Assembly (NCBI RefSeq): GCF_009914755.1
Contig: NC_060935.1
From: the human T2T-CHM13v2.0 reference genome, Homo sapiens
DNA length: 64,000 nt
Reading direction: 5' to 3' (one strand)
A program made the position numbers and the translations under genes. The notes under the pieces were generated by a model. It made no database searches. It worked only from the letters and a program-made list of their open reading frames with translations, and had not been told where the DNA came from. This document shows, in pieces, positions 38,476 to 58,475 of this stretch (the stretch's first letter is position 1; the number at the start of each line of letters is the position of its first letter).

Positions 38476-38571
38476 ATGAAGCCGGCGGCGCGGGAGGCGC
38501 GGCTGCCTCCGCGCTCGCCCGGGCTGCGCTGGGCGCTGCCGCTGCTGCTGCTGCTGCTGCGCCTGGGCCAG
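38476..38571 (+). CDS. PTPRJ: PTPRJ (DEP-1/CD148) coding exon 1, conventional start; signal-peptide region, 32 codons, phase-0 end
   Basis: Translates MKPAAREARLPPRSPGLRWALPLLLLLLRLGQ, which I recognise as the human PTPRJ N-terminus. It ends at a consensus donor CAG|GTAAGC and lies inside a CpG island. Confidence 0.97.
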
Positions 38572-38577
38572 GTAAGC
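38569..38577 (+). other. PTPRJ: PTPRJ exon 1 5' splice donor
   Basis: CAG|GTAAGC, a near-perfect U1 consensus immediately after the Gln32 codon. Confidence 0.95.
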
Positions 38578-40214
38578 GCCGGGTGGGCTCGGGCGGGGGG
38601 CAGGAGGCTGGGGCGGGACTGGCATTGACTGCACCTGCCCGAGCGTACCCCCCCGGGGGGTTCCGGGGAAGGGGGCGGGGGTCCGGATCCCCGGATCCCC
38701 GGAAGGCGACTTGCGGGGACCCCGGCCGGCCTCGCACGCCGGCGATCGATCCCTTTTCCGGCTGCCCAGGATCGGGGGAGAGAGGCGGGATCCGGGTGCC
38801 GCGGTGCCCGAGCCTCCCGGGGAAAGCCTCCGCGCGGGCTCCAGGCCGTCCCTGGCCCGGCTCTTCCCGGCGCTGGGCACATCTGGCGGGCACGGGCCCG
38901 GCTTCCTAGCCGGAGGCGGCCGGAGGGGGCGTGTTTGCGGAGGTCTGGGGACGCAGAGCCGGGCGGCCTGGCTGAGCCTTTGCCGACAGACCTCCGACCC
39001 GGCCTGCAGGGGCCCGAGGGGCGGCGGGGGCGACAGGGCAGGGCCAGGCGCTGGGCAGTGGGGCCCTGGGCGAGGCGCGGGACTCCGGGCCGAGGGCCCT
39101 GTTCCTGGGGAAAGTTCCCAGGCCGGGGAAAAGGTGGCCGCACGCTGGCTTTTCTCAAGGCAGCCGGCCCTCTTGGCGTCGTGCTTGATTTCATGGGTGT
39201 TTAATTCGTGCTTTGTGGGCGCTGGCTCCCCCTCCCCACCCCACCCTCACCCTCTTTTCTGGCTTCACTTTTCAGATAATGCTGTCCCTGGCGTTTTGGT
39301 GACCGACCTTTCCCCTTCCTGGCATTTCCATAGGGGCTGAGGCAGAGCAGCTGAAGGGGCATTCCCATTTCACAGATGGGGAACTGAGGGAGAGAAGTGA
39401 AAGAGCGGAGCACCCAGCCCGTGCCATGGGAGCTGAGCCAGCGGGCACGTCCTCTTAGCCTCTGGAGCCTGTTGGGGTTTGAACCCGCAGGGGAAGCGGT
39501 CTAGGGCTGCCTTGCTGTGCGTTTCTGCAAATGACCATCTTGCTTGTTTTATACAGACACCATCTCTGAGGAAATGAGTTATTGGCTGGGGATGGAACCT
39601 GGTTTCAGGGAAAACTTCTCCAGCGCGAATACAGGAGAGAGCAGAAGCATCACCCTGGGGCAGCAATGCCGCCTAGCAGGCTGTAGGAGAAGGGGGCTGG
39701 GGCCTGGGGGCTGCGTGACCCTCGGCACCCAAGGGTCTCTCCTCGCAGTTTCCCCAGCAGGTTCTGCACAGGCTCTCCTGGGGGCCAGAAGGCAATGTGA
39801 CCTCCTGCAGAGAACCTGGGAGTAGATGTCAGGAGACTGGCTCCAGGGCCGGGCCACAGGGCTGGACTTGCTCTTCAGGCTTCTCTACCCTCAGTTAACC
39901 GCATCTGTAGAATGAGTATAGCACCCTCTGCCCAATGGAATTGTTTGAGGGGCTTCCACTGGCCAATGTCTAAAAGAACTTTGTAAATATTAAGGGTTTC
40001 CACATGGGATTCTCATTATTAAGGTACAGTGCCTGTGGGGGCTGTCTTCTCCCTGTCCATGTAAGGAAATTCAGGGAAGCAGTGTCTGAAGTTAAAAAAG
40101 CCTTGTATTTGAAGATTTCTTGTATCAAAAGTTTATGCTAAAACAAAAACCACAAAAAACAGAAAACCCCCAAACTTAAAGCTTCATTTATTTTTAAATG
40201 TATAATATATGTAA

Positions 40215-40445
40215 TTTTTTTTTTGCTTCAGCAAAAAAATTTTAAATTATATATATATAAAATTTATTTATTTTTGCTCCAGCCATAGTGGTTGCTAGCT
40301 GTGTTCTCAATCAGCAAAAAGTTTCTTGGGTAAATTTATTGCTTGCTCAATCCTTCCTTGTATTTCATTAGCATATTGCTACTCTACACTTGTCCTGTAT
40401 TTAGATATTTCCTTCCTCTATGGTTTGTTCTGTAGAACCTCAAAA
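40215..40445 (-). pseudogene. Possible 5'-truncated retrocopy fragment (source gene not identified)
   Basis: Minus strand reads EVLQNKP*RKEISKYRTSVE*QYANEIQGRIEQAINLPKKLFAD-stop, then a short UTR with AATAAA and an A-run. No clear TSD. Confidence 0.3.
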
Positions 40446-42104
40446 GGACTCTCTTATTTCTTTTTTTTTTGGACACATTATGAAATAGGAAGTCTAAAAG
40501 GCTCCCAGAAGAAGCATCTTCAAAATCCACATTCAGCAGTTCATTTTGATAATGGATATTTCAGGGAATCAGTGCATTTTTGAGCTGGACCAGACTTTCA
40601 AGACAGCTGAAACCCCTCAGAGCTCTTAGATGAGGATATTGATGTCCAGAGAAGACAGGGAGCAGGCTGAGGTCACCCAGCAAGGTATTAGAGAAGACAA
40701 GATGGGAACCTGGGTCACCGGCCTGGGCCTCATATTTTCAAAGTGCTATTTTTTTTTTTCCCGTGTTTTCACTTTGATCTTACTTTTAATGATAGGGACG
40801 TATCACTGTGTCTTCTCAAAATGGTGGGTGTGAATGGAATTTTTCAAAGTTGAATCAATTTGAGATATTTCTGAAGTTTGTTTAGGAAACAAGTATGTGA
40901 CTACCTTCCTAAGAGCTGACTGGTTTTTTGAGGCCTGGATTGTGTGTGTATGTGCTTATGTGTGTGTTATAAAATGGAATCAACTATACCAGGTTAAACA
41001 AATGGACAAGTCATGGAAAAGACACAGCTCTGTTTGGACATTAATAAGGGCGGGTGTGGAAGCTGGAAAGCTGAGATGCCGGAAGGCTCAGTGCTTAGTA
41101 GGCCCGGAAAAGCAATTTTTGAACTGGCATCTCATTCCCCTTTTCTAAGACAGGAAGGACGGTCAGAGATGATTCCAACATGAGGACTTTGCTAGTTGCA
41201 GTGTCTGACTCCTCCCATTCTCATAGCAGTTTTGCACAGTAGTTTTGGTTTGTGTGTATGTTTTAGGCAATGTGACAAAGCAGTTTTCCTCCTGCCTCCT
41301 TGAGAAATTTAATCCTGACAGGTTCTTTAAGAAATCAGCTTGATGTGGGCTGATTTTAAAAGAATAAATGAAAAAAAAAAGCTGGTGACTGATAGCTGTT
41401 TTATTGGTCTTGTAGTGTTTTGGTTTTGTTTTATCTTCACTTTCTTGTTTCCTGGTGAATAATAACTGGGTTTATTATCTCTCATGGCTAATCCTTAAGC
41501 CTGATTCCTTACCTGTTCCATCCAGAGTACAAAGTATATTTTGACTCCTCTTTAAACTGCTTGTTAGATTCTCATATGAGTGACTTTAAATATTTTTGTT
41601 TTGCTTCAGGACAACGGGAAAACCAAACGATTATGTTTTGTTTGCAGACAGTTTACGAAAACAGCAAATTGGTTTATGGTTAGACCGTGACTTTGAGCTG
41701 ACTTCAAGTTGGGCCCCACGATAAAGATAACCATGGAATACCCAAGCTTTCCTAAGCAGAGAGGATCCTGGCTTCCAAATGAGCAATTTTGGTCAGCAAA
41801 GGGGTTATTTAGCTCCTAAAAGTAATTTTTGCTTGAGGTTGGGGCTGAGGCAGAGTGGCTGAACAACCGTAGGCCTGGGTGTAGCCAGAGGATCATCAGT
41901 AATTACTTCTCAGTTCATTCACTTCTTGGGCTAGGGAATTATTTTGAGTGCAGGATAAGAGGCAATTTTCTGTGTGTTTCCCTTCTAATATAATGCCACT
42001 GATGATATTATAATTAATAGGTAACATTATGCATGACAGGCACTGTGTGCTAAGGGTTTTAATGCATTATTTCATTTGGCCATTTCAGAAATACCAAGAG
42101 GTAG

Positions 42105-44375
<2,271 letters not shown>

Positions 44376-44392
44376 TATGACAAATATTTATG

Positions 44393-45003
44393 AAGTGTTT
44401 TCCACAGAGTAGTATGGAATAACTCTGGGTGTGTGCAAGATGAACTGAGCTCAGTCACAATACTTTTTTTTCCCCTAATGTTAAGAATTATTGGCTGGGC
44501 AGGGTGACTCATTCCTTTAATCTCAGCACTTTGGAAGGCAGAGGTGGGAGGATCAGGTGAGCCCAGGAGTTTGAGACCAGCCTGGATGACAAAGTGAGAC
44601 CTTGTCTATACAAAAAATTAGCTGGGCATGGTGGTGTGGACCTGTGGTCCCACCTACTTGAGAGGCTGAGTTGGGAGGATGGCTTGAGCCCTGGGAGGTT
44701 GAAGCTGCGGTGAACCTTGATAGCGCCACTGCACTCCAACCCAGGCAACAGAGTGAGACCCTGTCTCAAAAAGAAAAAAAATAAAAAATAATTTATTTTA
44801 GGGGGTCTTAGTAAAGAAAGACCCCCAAAAGTCCATGATTTTATAGGTCGAATGAGGTGAAAAGTGGTATCATGATAAATAAATTTGTTTAAATATCATA
44901 AAAAGTTGGTCTAAAGAAAAACATTGGGTAAATAATTATGTGAGTATGATGTGGTTATGACCAAATTGTAAAGATGATCAGTTTCTTAAGTCTGGGGGAC
45001 AGG
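44393..45003. mobile_element. hAT-Charlie remnant (MER113/Charlie7-like) containing a + Alu (44492-44790)
   Basis: Left end agtgttttccacagagtagtatgg...gtgcaagatga; right end aaagaaaaacattgggtaaataat...aagatgatcag...aagtctggggaca. Confidence 0.45.
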
Positions 45004-46074
45004 CACTGAGCAGAGGCCGTGGTGGGGAACAGGAGCCTGTCTTCATGGCTCTTACTGGCCACTGGGCAAGACTCAGATAGCACCAACCAACCAGTCACAG
45101 TTGTGATGTAGGATGTGACTGTGAATGACATCCCTGCTGCCCGCTTCAGAGAAAGGGCTGCCACTTGCCAGAGAAGGAATGGTGATAATGAGGGACAGCC
45201 AGTCCCTAAGTGGAGATCCCTGAAAGTGGTGAATATCTTAGACCAGAGAAGCCCAGAGCAGTTTTTTTACCACCTTGTATGGCTGGTTTTCCAGTGGCTT
45301 TACTGGTGCCCCCTCGGAGGACAGGGGCTGTAGGAAGTTTGTTATTACTTCCTTATTAGTGACAGCTGCAGTCATCCTATTGTCTCAGAATTTCCCTGGC
45401 ATGTAAATGGTAGGATAAGGGGTGGTGGTAAGCAGATGGGGGGCATTTTGAAAACGAGGCAGTGTCAGCTCCCACAGAAGGTCTAATTTTAAACATGCAA
45501 ATAATTTTCAGTTCCACTTTTCCTTCTTCCTGTTAGAGGGAAGTTGTCCCCTGTTGCCATTTCTGAAACTTGGGCGGACAATGTCGTTATTGTGTTACAA
45601 ACGATTTGCGTCTCCAGGGCAGGAGTTGGGTGATATTTTTCTGGGAGCCTGTGCCAGGGCGTAGCCCAGTGTTATCTCATGGTTTCTGAGTGAATGAGTG
45701 AGTGAGTATTAAAACTTCATATCAACATGGAGCCTATAACACAGTGGTTCTGAATCTTTCTTGGGGGGGAAAAGAAGAGATACAAGACCCCTAGAGAGTA
45801 TAGAGAGTATGTAAAAGGGAAGAATCCTTCCCCAAAAGGGAATGCACATATTTACAATATTGTATCCAATTTCAGAAGGTTTTTTTAAAATTTTTAATTT
45901 TATTGTTTTTTTTTTGAGACACGGTCTCAGTTTGTACCCCAGCGTGGAGTGCAGTGGCATGATCTTGGATCTCGGCTCACTGCAGCCTCTGCCTCCTGAC
46001 CTCAGGTGATCCACCCACCTCGGCCTCCCACAGTGCTGGGATTACAGGTGTGAGCCACCATGCCTGACCATGAC

Positions 46075-47290
<1,216 letters not shown>

Positions 47291-47359
47291 GCCTCCCCCA
47301 TGCCAATTATTTTAGATGTAGCACTTGTTCCTTAGGAACTCAGAGATAAATAAGACCCT

Positions 47360-47580
47360 AGGGTGGTGAAGAGAGCATAGAATTTGGAACAAGACTCCTT
47401 TGTTGGAGTCTTGGCTCTACCACCTCATTAGCTGTGTGATCTTGGGCAGGTATCTTGACCTTTCTGATCCTTGCTCTTCATATTCCAAAAATGCTAATAA
47501 TAGGAGTACCTCTGACACAGGGTAGTTGGAGAAGCTAAGTGTGATCATATTATGCTAAAATTCCTTGTAAATGGCTATGG
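47360..47580 (+). mobile_element. MIR
   Basis: ggctctaccacctcattagctgtgtgatcttgggcagg core. Confidence 0.75.
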
Positions 47581-47984
47581 AAACATAAACACAGCATTTT
47601 ATAAAATACCACGAGGTATTCCATTTACTGAAGAGTTACATCAGAAGAGTATTTCTGATTGTGCCACTGCACTCCAGCCTGGGCGACAGACTGAGATTCC
47701 ATCTCAAAAAACAAACAAACAAAAAACTAGCCAGTCATTTATAAGAATGAGTTACAGCTATAGGTGCAGGCGGTAAATACTCTCCAAGATATCTAAATAA
47801 ATTAAAAGGCTATGTAGAGAACAATGTATATATAATGTTACCTTTAAAGTGACAAAAAAAGGTGAATATAGATACTTGTGTATCAGAAGAGAGAGGTATT
47901 CCATTTACTGAAGAGTTAGGGCAAAGACCATAATATTGTAATTATCAATAATTATGAATTGTCAAAATTATGTCATGAAACCTC

Positions 47985-48580
47985 TTTTTTTCTTTTTTTT
48001 GAGGGGGAGTCTTGCTCTGTCACCCAGGCTGGATTGCAGTGGTGTGATCCTGGTTCACTGCAACCTTTGCCTCTGAGGTTCAAGTGATTCTTCTGCCTCA
48101 GCCTGGGATTACAAGCATGCGCCACCATGCCTGGCTAATTTTTGTAGTTTTAGTAGTGACAGGGTTTCATCATGTTGGCCAGGCTGGTCTGGAACTGCTG
48201 ACCTCAAGTGATCTGCCTGCCTTGGCCTCCCAAAGTGTTGGGATTTTTTTTTTTTTTTTTTTGGAGACGGAGTCTCACCCAGTCACCCAGGCTGGAGTTC
48301 AGTGGCGCAATCTTGGCTCACTGCAAGCTCCACCTCCCGGGTTCACGCCGTTCTCCTGCCTCAGCCTGGCTGGGACTATAGGCGCCCGCCACTATGCCTG
48401 GCTAATTTTTTTGTATTTTTAGTAGAGACAGGGTTTCATTGTGTTAGCCAGGATGGTCTCAATCTCCTGACCTCATGATCCGCCCGCCTCAGCCTCCCAA
48501 AGTGCTGGGATTACAGGCATGAGCCACCGTGACCGGCGGAAAGTGTTGGGATTACAGGTGTGAGCCACCGCGCCCGGCCC
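47985..48580 (-). mobile_element. AluY-like copy nested inside an AluS
   Basis: Inner TSD aaagtgttgggatt (48232, 48540); outer TSD catgaaacctctt (47974, 48581). Confidence 0.9.
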
Positions 48581-49732
48581 CATGAAACCTCTTATATTGG
48601 GTTTGAGATTAAATCCACAATGGATTGTGTGTATTATATATACACACACAGACACACGCAAATGTATTAAAATGTATAATATGAAGCAGTGGAACTTCCC
48701 TGATAGCACAATTTAAATATTTCCTTTTTGACAAACGTGCATAGTTAAATAAATTAAGTGACCACCAGGTGTGACTGAAGAGTGGCCAGTGTCTATTCCT
48801 AGCCCCGAAGGAGCACAGGGATATTGACTGTGTCCCTTAAAAAAAACAAAACAAAACGTAGGGCTTTCTTTGTATTGGTTTGAACATTTCTCTTTATCTT
48901 GTGACCTGGCCAACTCTGGCTATGGCTGCCTCCTGTCTCTCGGTACATTTTCTGTGGCGGTCAAGAGGAGTTATTTTAAGCCACCAATGGGAAAGTTTAA
49001 AGACATAATCCTTGGCTGTAATTGCGGGAGACGGGAGGCTGAGAGTCTGTGCTGACTTGCCACCTGTTTCCACGGCAGCAAGGTGATTGTGCATTTCCTG
49101 CTGCTGGCTGAGGGGCCAGCAAATTTTCATGTCGTTGTGTCATGGGGAAGTTTTCCTGTCTCAATGAGAGCACACCGTGCTTGTGGTCTTGTTCCTGTGA
49201 CCAGGACATGGAGAACTATGGGGAGATTGTTCTGGGTGTGAAGGGAAATTGCTGGCCAGTGCTTAGTGCACGGGCTTTGGAGTCAGAGCCAACTTCTCCA
49301 CCTCCTACCTGTGTGACCTTGGGCCTATCCTTCTAATGCTTGGAGTCTCTTCTGTCCTCATCTGTATGATGGGGATAACAAGAATACCTACTTTATAGGA
49401 TTGCTGTGGAGGATTAAATGGATCTGCATGACAAATGCTTAGCATGAAAAAATCCCTCAACAGATATTGGCTGCTATTTTATTATCTTATTATGCTGAGA
49501 CACTGGCATAATTTACAATTCAAAAATTAAATTTTTTTAATCTTATACTGTAGTTTACAAGGCCCTTTCACATATATGAGCTTGTTCAATCCTCACAGCG
49601 TCCTTGAGTTTGTCATTGTTATTGCCATTTAAAAAGGTATGACTCAGAGTGGCTGTAATTGACTTGTCCAATTCAGGTTTCATCTGTCTTTTGCAGAATA
49701 ATAATCATGTACGTTCATAGTATAGGCCACCT

Positions 49733-54028
<4,296 letters not shown>

Positions 54029-54621
54029 TCAGAATCTGTTACTGCATCTGGAAAATGGAAATCTGGAAATGTCACTGCATCTGTAGCAACAACCAGGCCA
54101 TTTTGTTACTAGGTTTAAGTGAGGGAAGGCATGTAAGGCACTCAGTCCAGATCATGGCACTTAGTAGGCCTGAGCACATTTGCTCCCACCTCAGTGACCT
54201 CCTTGTTAACACGACATCTCCTGACTTTGGGGCTGCAGAGTGATGCAGAGCACTGGCCAGTGTTGCCATGCACCCAGGGTGCAGGGAGACCTGTCTTGCA
54301 GGTGTTCAAACAACTTTTGTCAGCCTCAGTGTCAGGGACTTTTGTTGCGTAGAGCAGTCACCGAATCCTATGGTGAGAAGAGAAATCGTTGGAGATGGGG
54401 GTGCAGGGGTGGAAGCTCTTATTTCAGAAGACCTGTTGTGAGGTAAGACTCAGACCCTCAGCTTCTATCCGGCCACAGAGTTTGGGACCAGCCTTTCGAT
54501 GTCTTTTGGAAGATGCACATGGAATGCTTAGCCTTTGCTCTTCCCTGGAACCTGGCTTAGGCTTTGCACCTATCCCACCATGTGGTTGGGGTGAGTGAGG
54601 ACAACTTCTTTTCCTCCAGAA

Positions 54622-54833
54622 CATGGTTTCTCCATCTCAGCCCTATTGACATTTTGGGCTGGATAACTCGCTGTTTTGGGAGGCTGTCCTGTGTGCCCCG
54701 TAGGATGTCCTGCAGCCTCCCTGGCCTCTGCCTGCTAGGAGCCAGTAGCGCCCCCTCCCCCACAGACAAAAATGTCTCCAGATATTGGCAGATGTCCCCT
54801 AAAGGGCAAACTACCCTTGCTGTAGGTAATACT
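54622..54833. mobile_element. MER20 hAT-Charlie element
   Basis: ctattgacattttgggctggataa...ggctgtcctgtg...tccctggcctct...aaaatgtctccagatattggcagatgtcccct. Confidence 0.88.
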
Positions 54834-55796
54834 TGCTTTGAAGTACTGGTGTGGATGGCCTATGCCCTGGCAGTCTTACTAGGTGGGACTGGCTGTCCTC
54901 TCATTCTCATGGGATTGGCCTCATGCTGGTAGCTGACTTCCTCCCCGTGAGACCGTAGGTCTAAACTAACAAGGTTTACACATGTGACAAACATCCAGGT
55001 TGCCAGGGCTCAAAAGAGGGTTCACATCGACTCCCTTCTCATTCACTGAGTCCTTTTTCGGGAGCTTTGGCCGAGTTTGTGCTGCGTCTGGGCATCTAGG
55101 TGTCGAGTTCTTCCCTAGTGTTTTCAGCCTCGGCTTCCTCCTCTGTAAAATGGGAGTAACTGATACTTTTCCTGTCTGGGTGGGAAAGGAACCCCGTGCT
55201 AATGTGATTGATGGTGTGGTGCTAAGCTCTGCTGCAAGGGATGTGAAGTTGAGGGAAAGGTTTACCATTTATTAGGAGCTTTGAGACCAAGTTCCTTCCA
55301 CACAAGAGATATGCCCTGTCAAAGGGAGATCCCATTGCAAAGAGATTCACTGCCAAGTTCCCCCTCCCACTAGCTCCCTGGAGCAATTTTCAGCTTTTAG
55401 AGTGTTTAGAGGCCTCAGGGTGTAAAGCGAGAGAGAATGCCTTCCAGCCAGCGAGAGAGAATGCCTTCCAGCCGGTGACATTGAGAATAGCAGGAAAGAG
55501 GCAGAAGAAGAAACTGACTTGAAGGGTGATGCCAGCCAGGGGTGAGTGGAGTGAGGTAGGATTTGCTTTCTGAAAACTGGGATGTGCACACAACCTATCA
55601 AGAATACTTCACTTTGTGAGGCCCAAAAACAGCTCCTAGCACAGTGTAGAGCAGACTTGGTCAGAACTTCAATCCTTGATTTTTTTTTTTTTTTAACCCG
55701 AATTTCATGAGGTTTTTCTGAGACATCCACTGGACTGTCATATACCGTGTGCTGGGCTCTCATTTTATCCTTACAATTATTATGTTCATTTTAAAG

Positions 55797-55997
55797 ACCT
55801 CATGTTAGCTAGATCAGTAGGGTGACTACAGTTTACAGTAATCTACTGTATATTTCAAAATAGCTAGAAGAGAACAATTTGGTTCTAGCATAAAGAAAAG
55901 ACAAATATTTAAGGTGATACATATCCCAAGTACATTGATTTGATCTTTACAAATTGTGTGAATGTATTAAATTACCACATGTGCTCCAAAACTGTGT
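55797..55997 (+). mobile_element. L1MA-type 3' UTR fragment
   Basis: tgtatatttcaaaatagctagaagaga...aaagaaaagacaaatatttaaggtgat...gatttgatctttaca. Confidence 0.8.
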
Positions 55998-57080
55998 TCT
56001 TGAAAAAATTATCACGCCCATTTTAGAGATGAGGCACAGAGAGGTGGAGGGACTTGCCCAGATCCAGGTATGTGGCTCTCCTGTAATCTCGCTTCTATTG
56101 CTTTGTGATCAGCAGCAACTTAGTAGCTTTCAAAGCTTCAATTTTCTTGTGTGCCAAATGGGGCTAATAAATACCTTAGAGGATTGTGATCAAGATTCCG
56201 TGAAAAAATGTATGCAGTGCCCCCGGCAAGGTGCCTGGCATACAGAAAGTGCTCTGTACGCACCAGCTGCTGTCATTATTATTGTTTCAACTACCAGTGA
56301 TCATAAAGGATGCCTGCTTTGATGAGCTTTTCCAGGAATATGGACTGGTCTGCCCTGATCTACTTGAATAATCTGTCTCAGGCCCTATTCGGTAAATACA
56401 TGTAGGAGGTGCAGCTGCCAGGGAAGGGAGGGATGTTACCTGGAGAGGACAGAGTCTGAAGTTCAGGAAATACAGCAAGAGCCTTCCTCAGGGATGAAAC
56501 ATGTGATCTTATGGTCTGACTAGCCTCAAGCCAGCTGAGCTCATTGCCATGCAACTTGGTAGTTAATGATTGCTAGTAAGAAGTTTAAAAGGATCATCCC
56601 CTCAAAGAATGTCAGAGTTGGAAAAGACCTTAGGGACATTAGGCTAGGAAAGACAATGTCCTAGTGAGTGACTGCTTGGGCCCTGTATAGAAGGGATTCT
56701 CAGATCACTTGGGATGTCCTGGCTCAGCAGGAGGCTAAGGTGGGATCAATTAGTGATGTCTGCCATGGCCACAAGAGAGGCAAGGAGTGGCACATGTGCT
56801 GTTTATTTGCTGTCTTTGGCTGCAGCTGAGGACACTGAGGCCCAAGACTTGCTTGCTTACTGGACGATCACCCAAGTCATTAAACCACAAAAATCTCTTT
56901 TGGAAGGAATCTGTTAAGAATGTCTGATTATAAGAGTTGCACCTTTGAGCAAGTATTTTTTGCTTGATAGTCTTCAGTGAGGAGGAACTGTCTTCAAAGA
57001 GCACATTCTGTCTTTTGGCAATTCTCCCAATTAGAACTTAGACCACTGAGGTAGAAAGGCCTTAGAAGCCCCTTTAAGTG

Positions 57081-57259
57081 GGCTCTTCTCAACTGGGGCT
57101 GCACCTGAGAAGCTTTTGGAAAATACCAGTTGGAGGCTCCCTCCCCAGACCAGTGGATTCTGGATATCTGGGTGTATGGACACCTCTTGCCCCCATTGGT
57201 GTTTTATTTTCCAAGCTCCTCATGTGTTGTTAATATGTAGCCAGGGTTGAGAACCACTG
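57081..57259. mobile_element. MER5A
   Basis: ttctcaactggggctgcac...aagctcctcatgtgttgttaatatgtagccagggttgagaaccactg. Confidence 0.8.
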
Positions 57260-57666
57260 AGACCAAAACTCTTTGGAAACAGAGACCCAGAAAGGGAGAA
57301 CATGATTGTCTATGGGTATGTAGGGCTAGTGGCACAAGGAGAAGGAAAACTAGGGGGGAAAAGGCCTTTATCAAATGCCACCCATATGCTAGTCTCTTTT
57401 ACTTTCATGCCGAGATTCTTCTTTTTTTTTTTTTTTTTTTTTGAGTCAGAGTCTCGCTCTGTCACCCAGGCTGGAGTGCAGTGGTGCGATCTCGGCTCAC
57501 TGCAACCTCCGCCTTCTGGGCTCAAGTGATTCTCTTGCCTCAGCCTCCTGAGTATCTGGGAGTACAGGCTTGTGCCACCACAGCTGGCTAAATTTTTTGT
57601 ATTTTTAGTAGAGATGGGGTTTCACCATGTTGGCCAGGCTGGTCTTGCCCTCCTCACCTCAGCTGA

Positions 57667-57894
<228 letters not shown>

Positions 57895-57897
57895 TAG

Positions 57898-58475
<578 letters not shown>

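Larger units (their letters stand above)
37600..39230. promoter_or_regulatory. CpG island / TATA-less PTPRJ promoter and first exon
   Basis: Abrupt rise in GC and CpG density. GC boxes (GGGCGG) at ~37912, 37920, 37982 and 38045. Lies within an Alu-free zone of ~36760-42110. Confidence 0.92.

Noticed and set aside
38572-38628. ORF continuation VSAGWARAGGRRLGRDWH
   Set aside because: Read-through past the strong exon-1 donor into the intron.
37677-39194. 505-aa minus-strand ORF and overlapping 207-213-aa ORFs across the CpG island
   Set aside because: Stop codons are scarce in very GC-rich DNA. The products are low-complexity Pro/Arg/Ala/Gly with no recognisable domain. Antisense transcription is possible but cannot be shown from sequence.
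44801-44826. Hairpin GGGGGTCTT...AAGACCCCC resembling a terminator
   Set aside because: Eukaryotic intron, inside a probable DNA transposon remnant; no supporting context.
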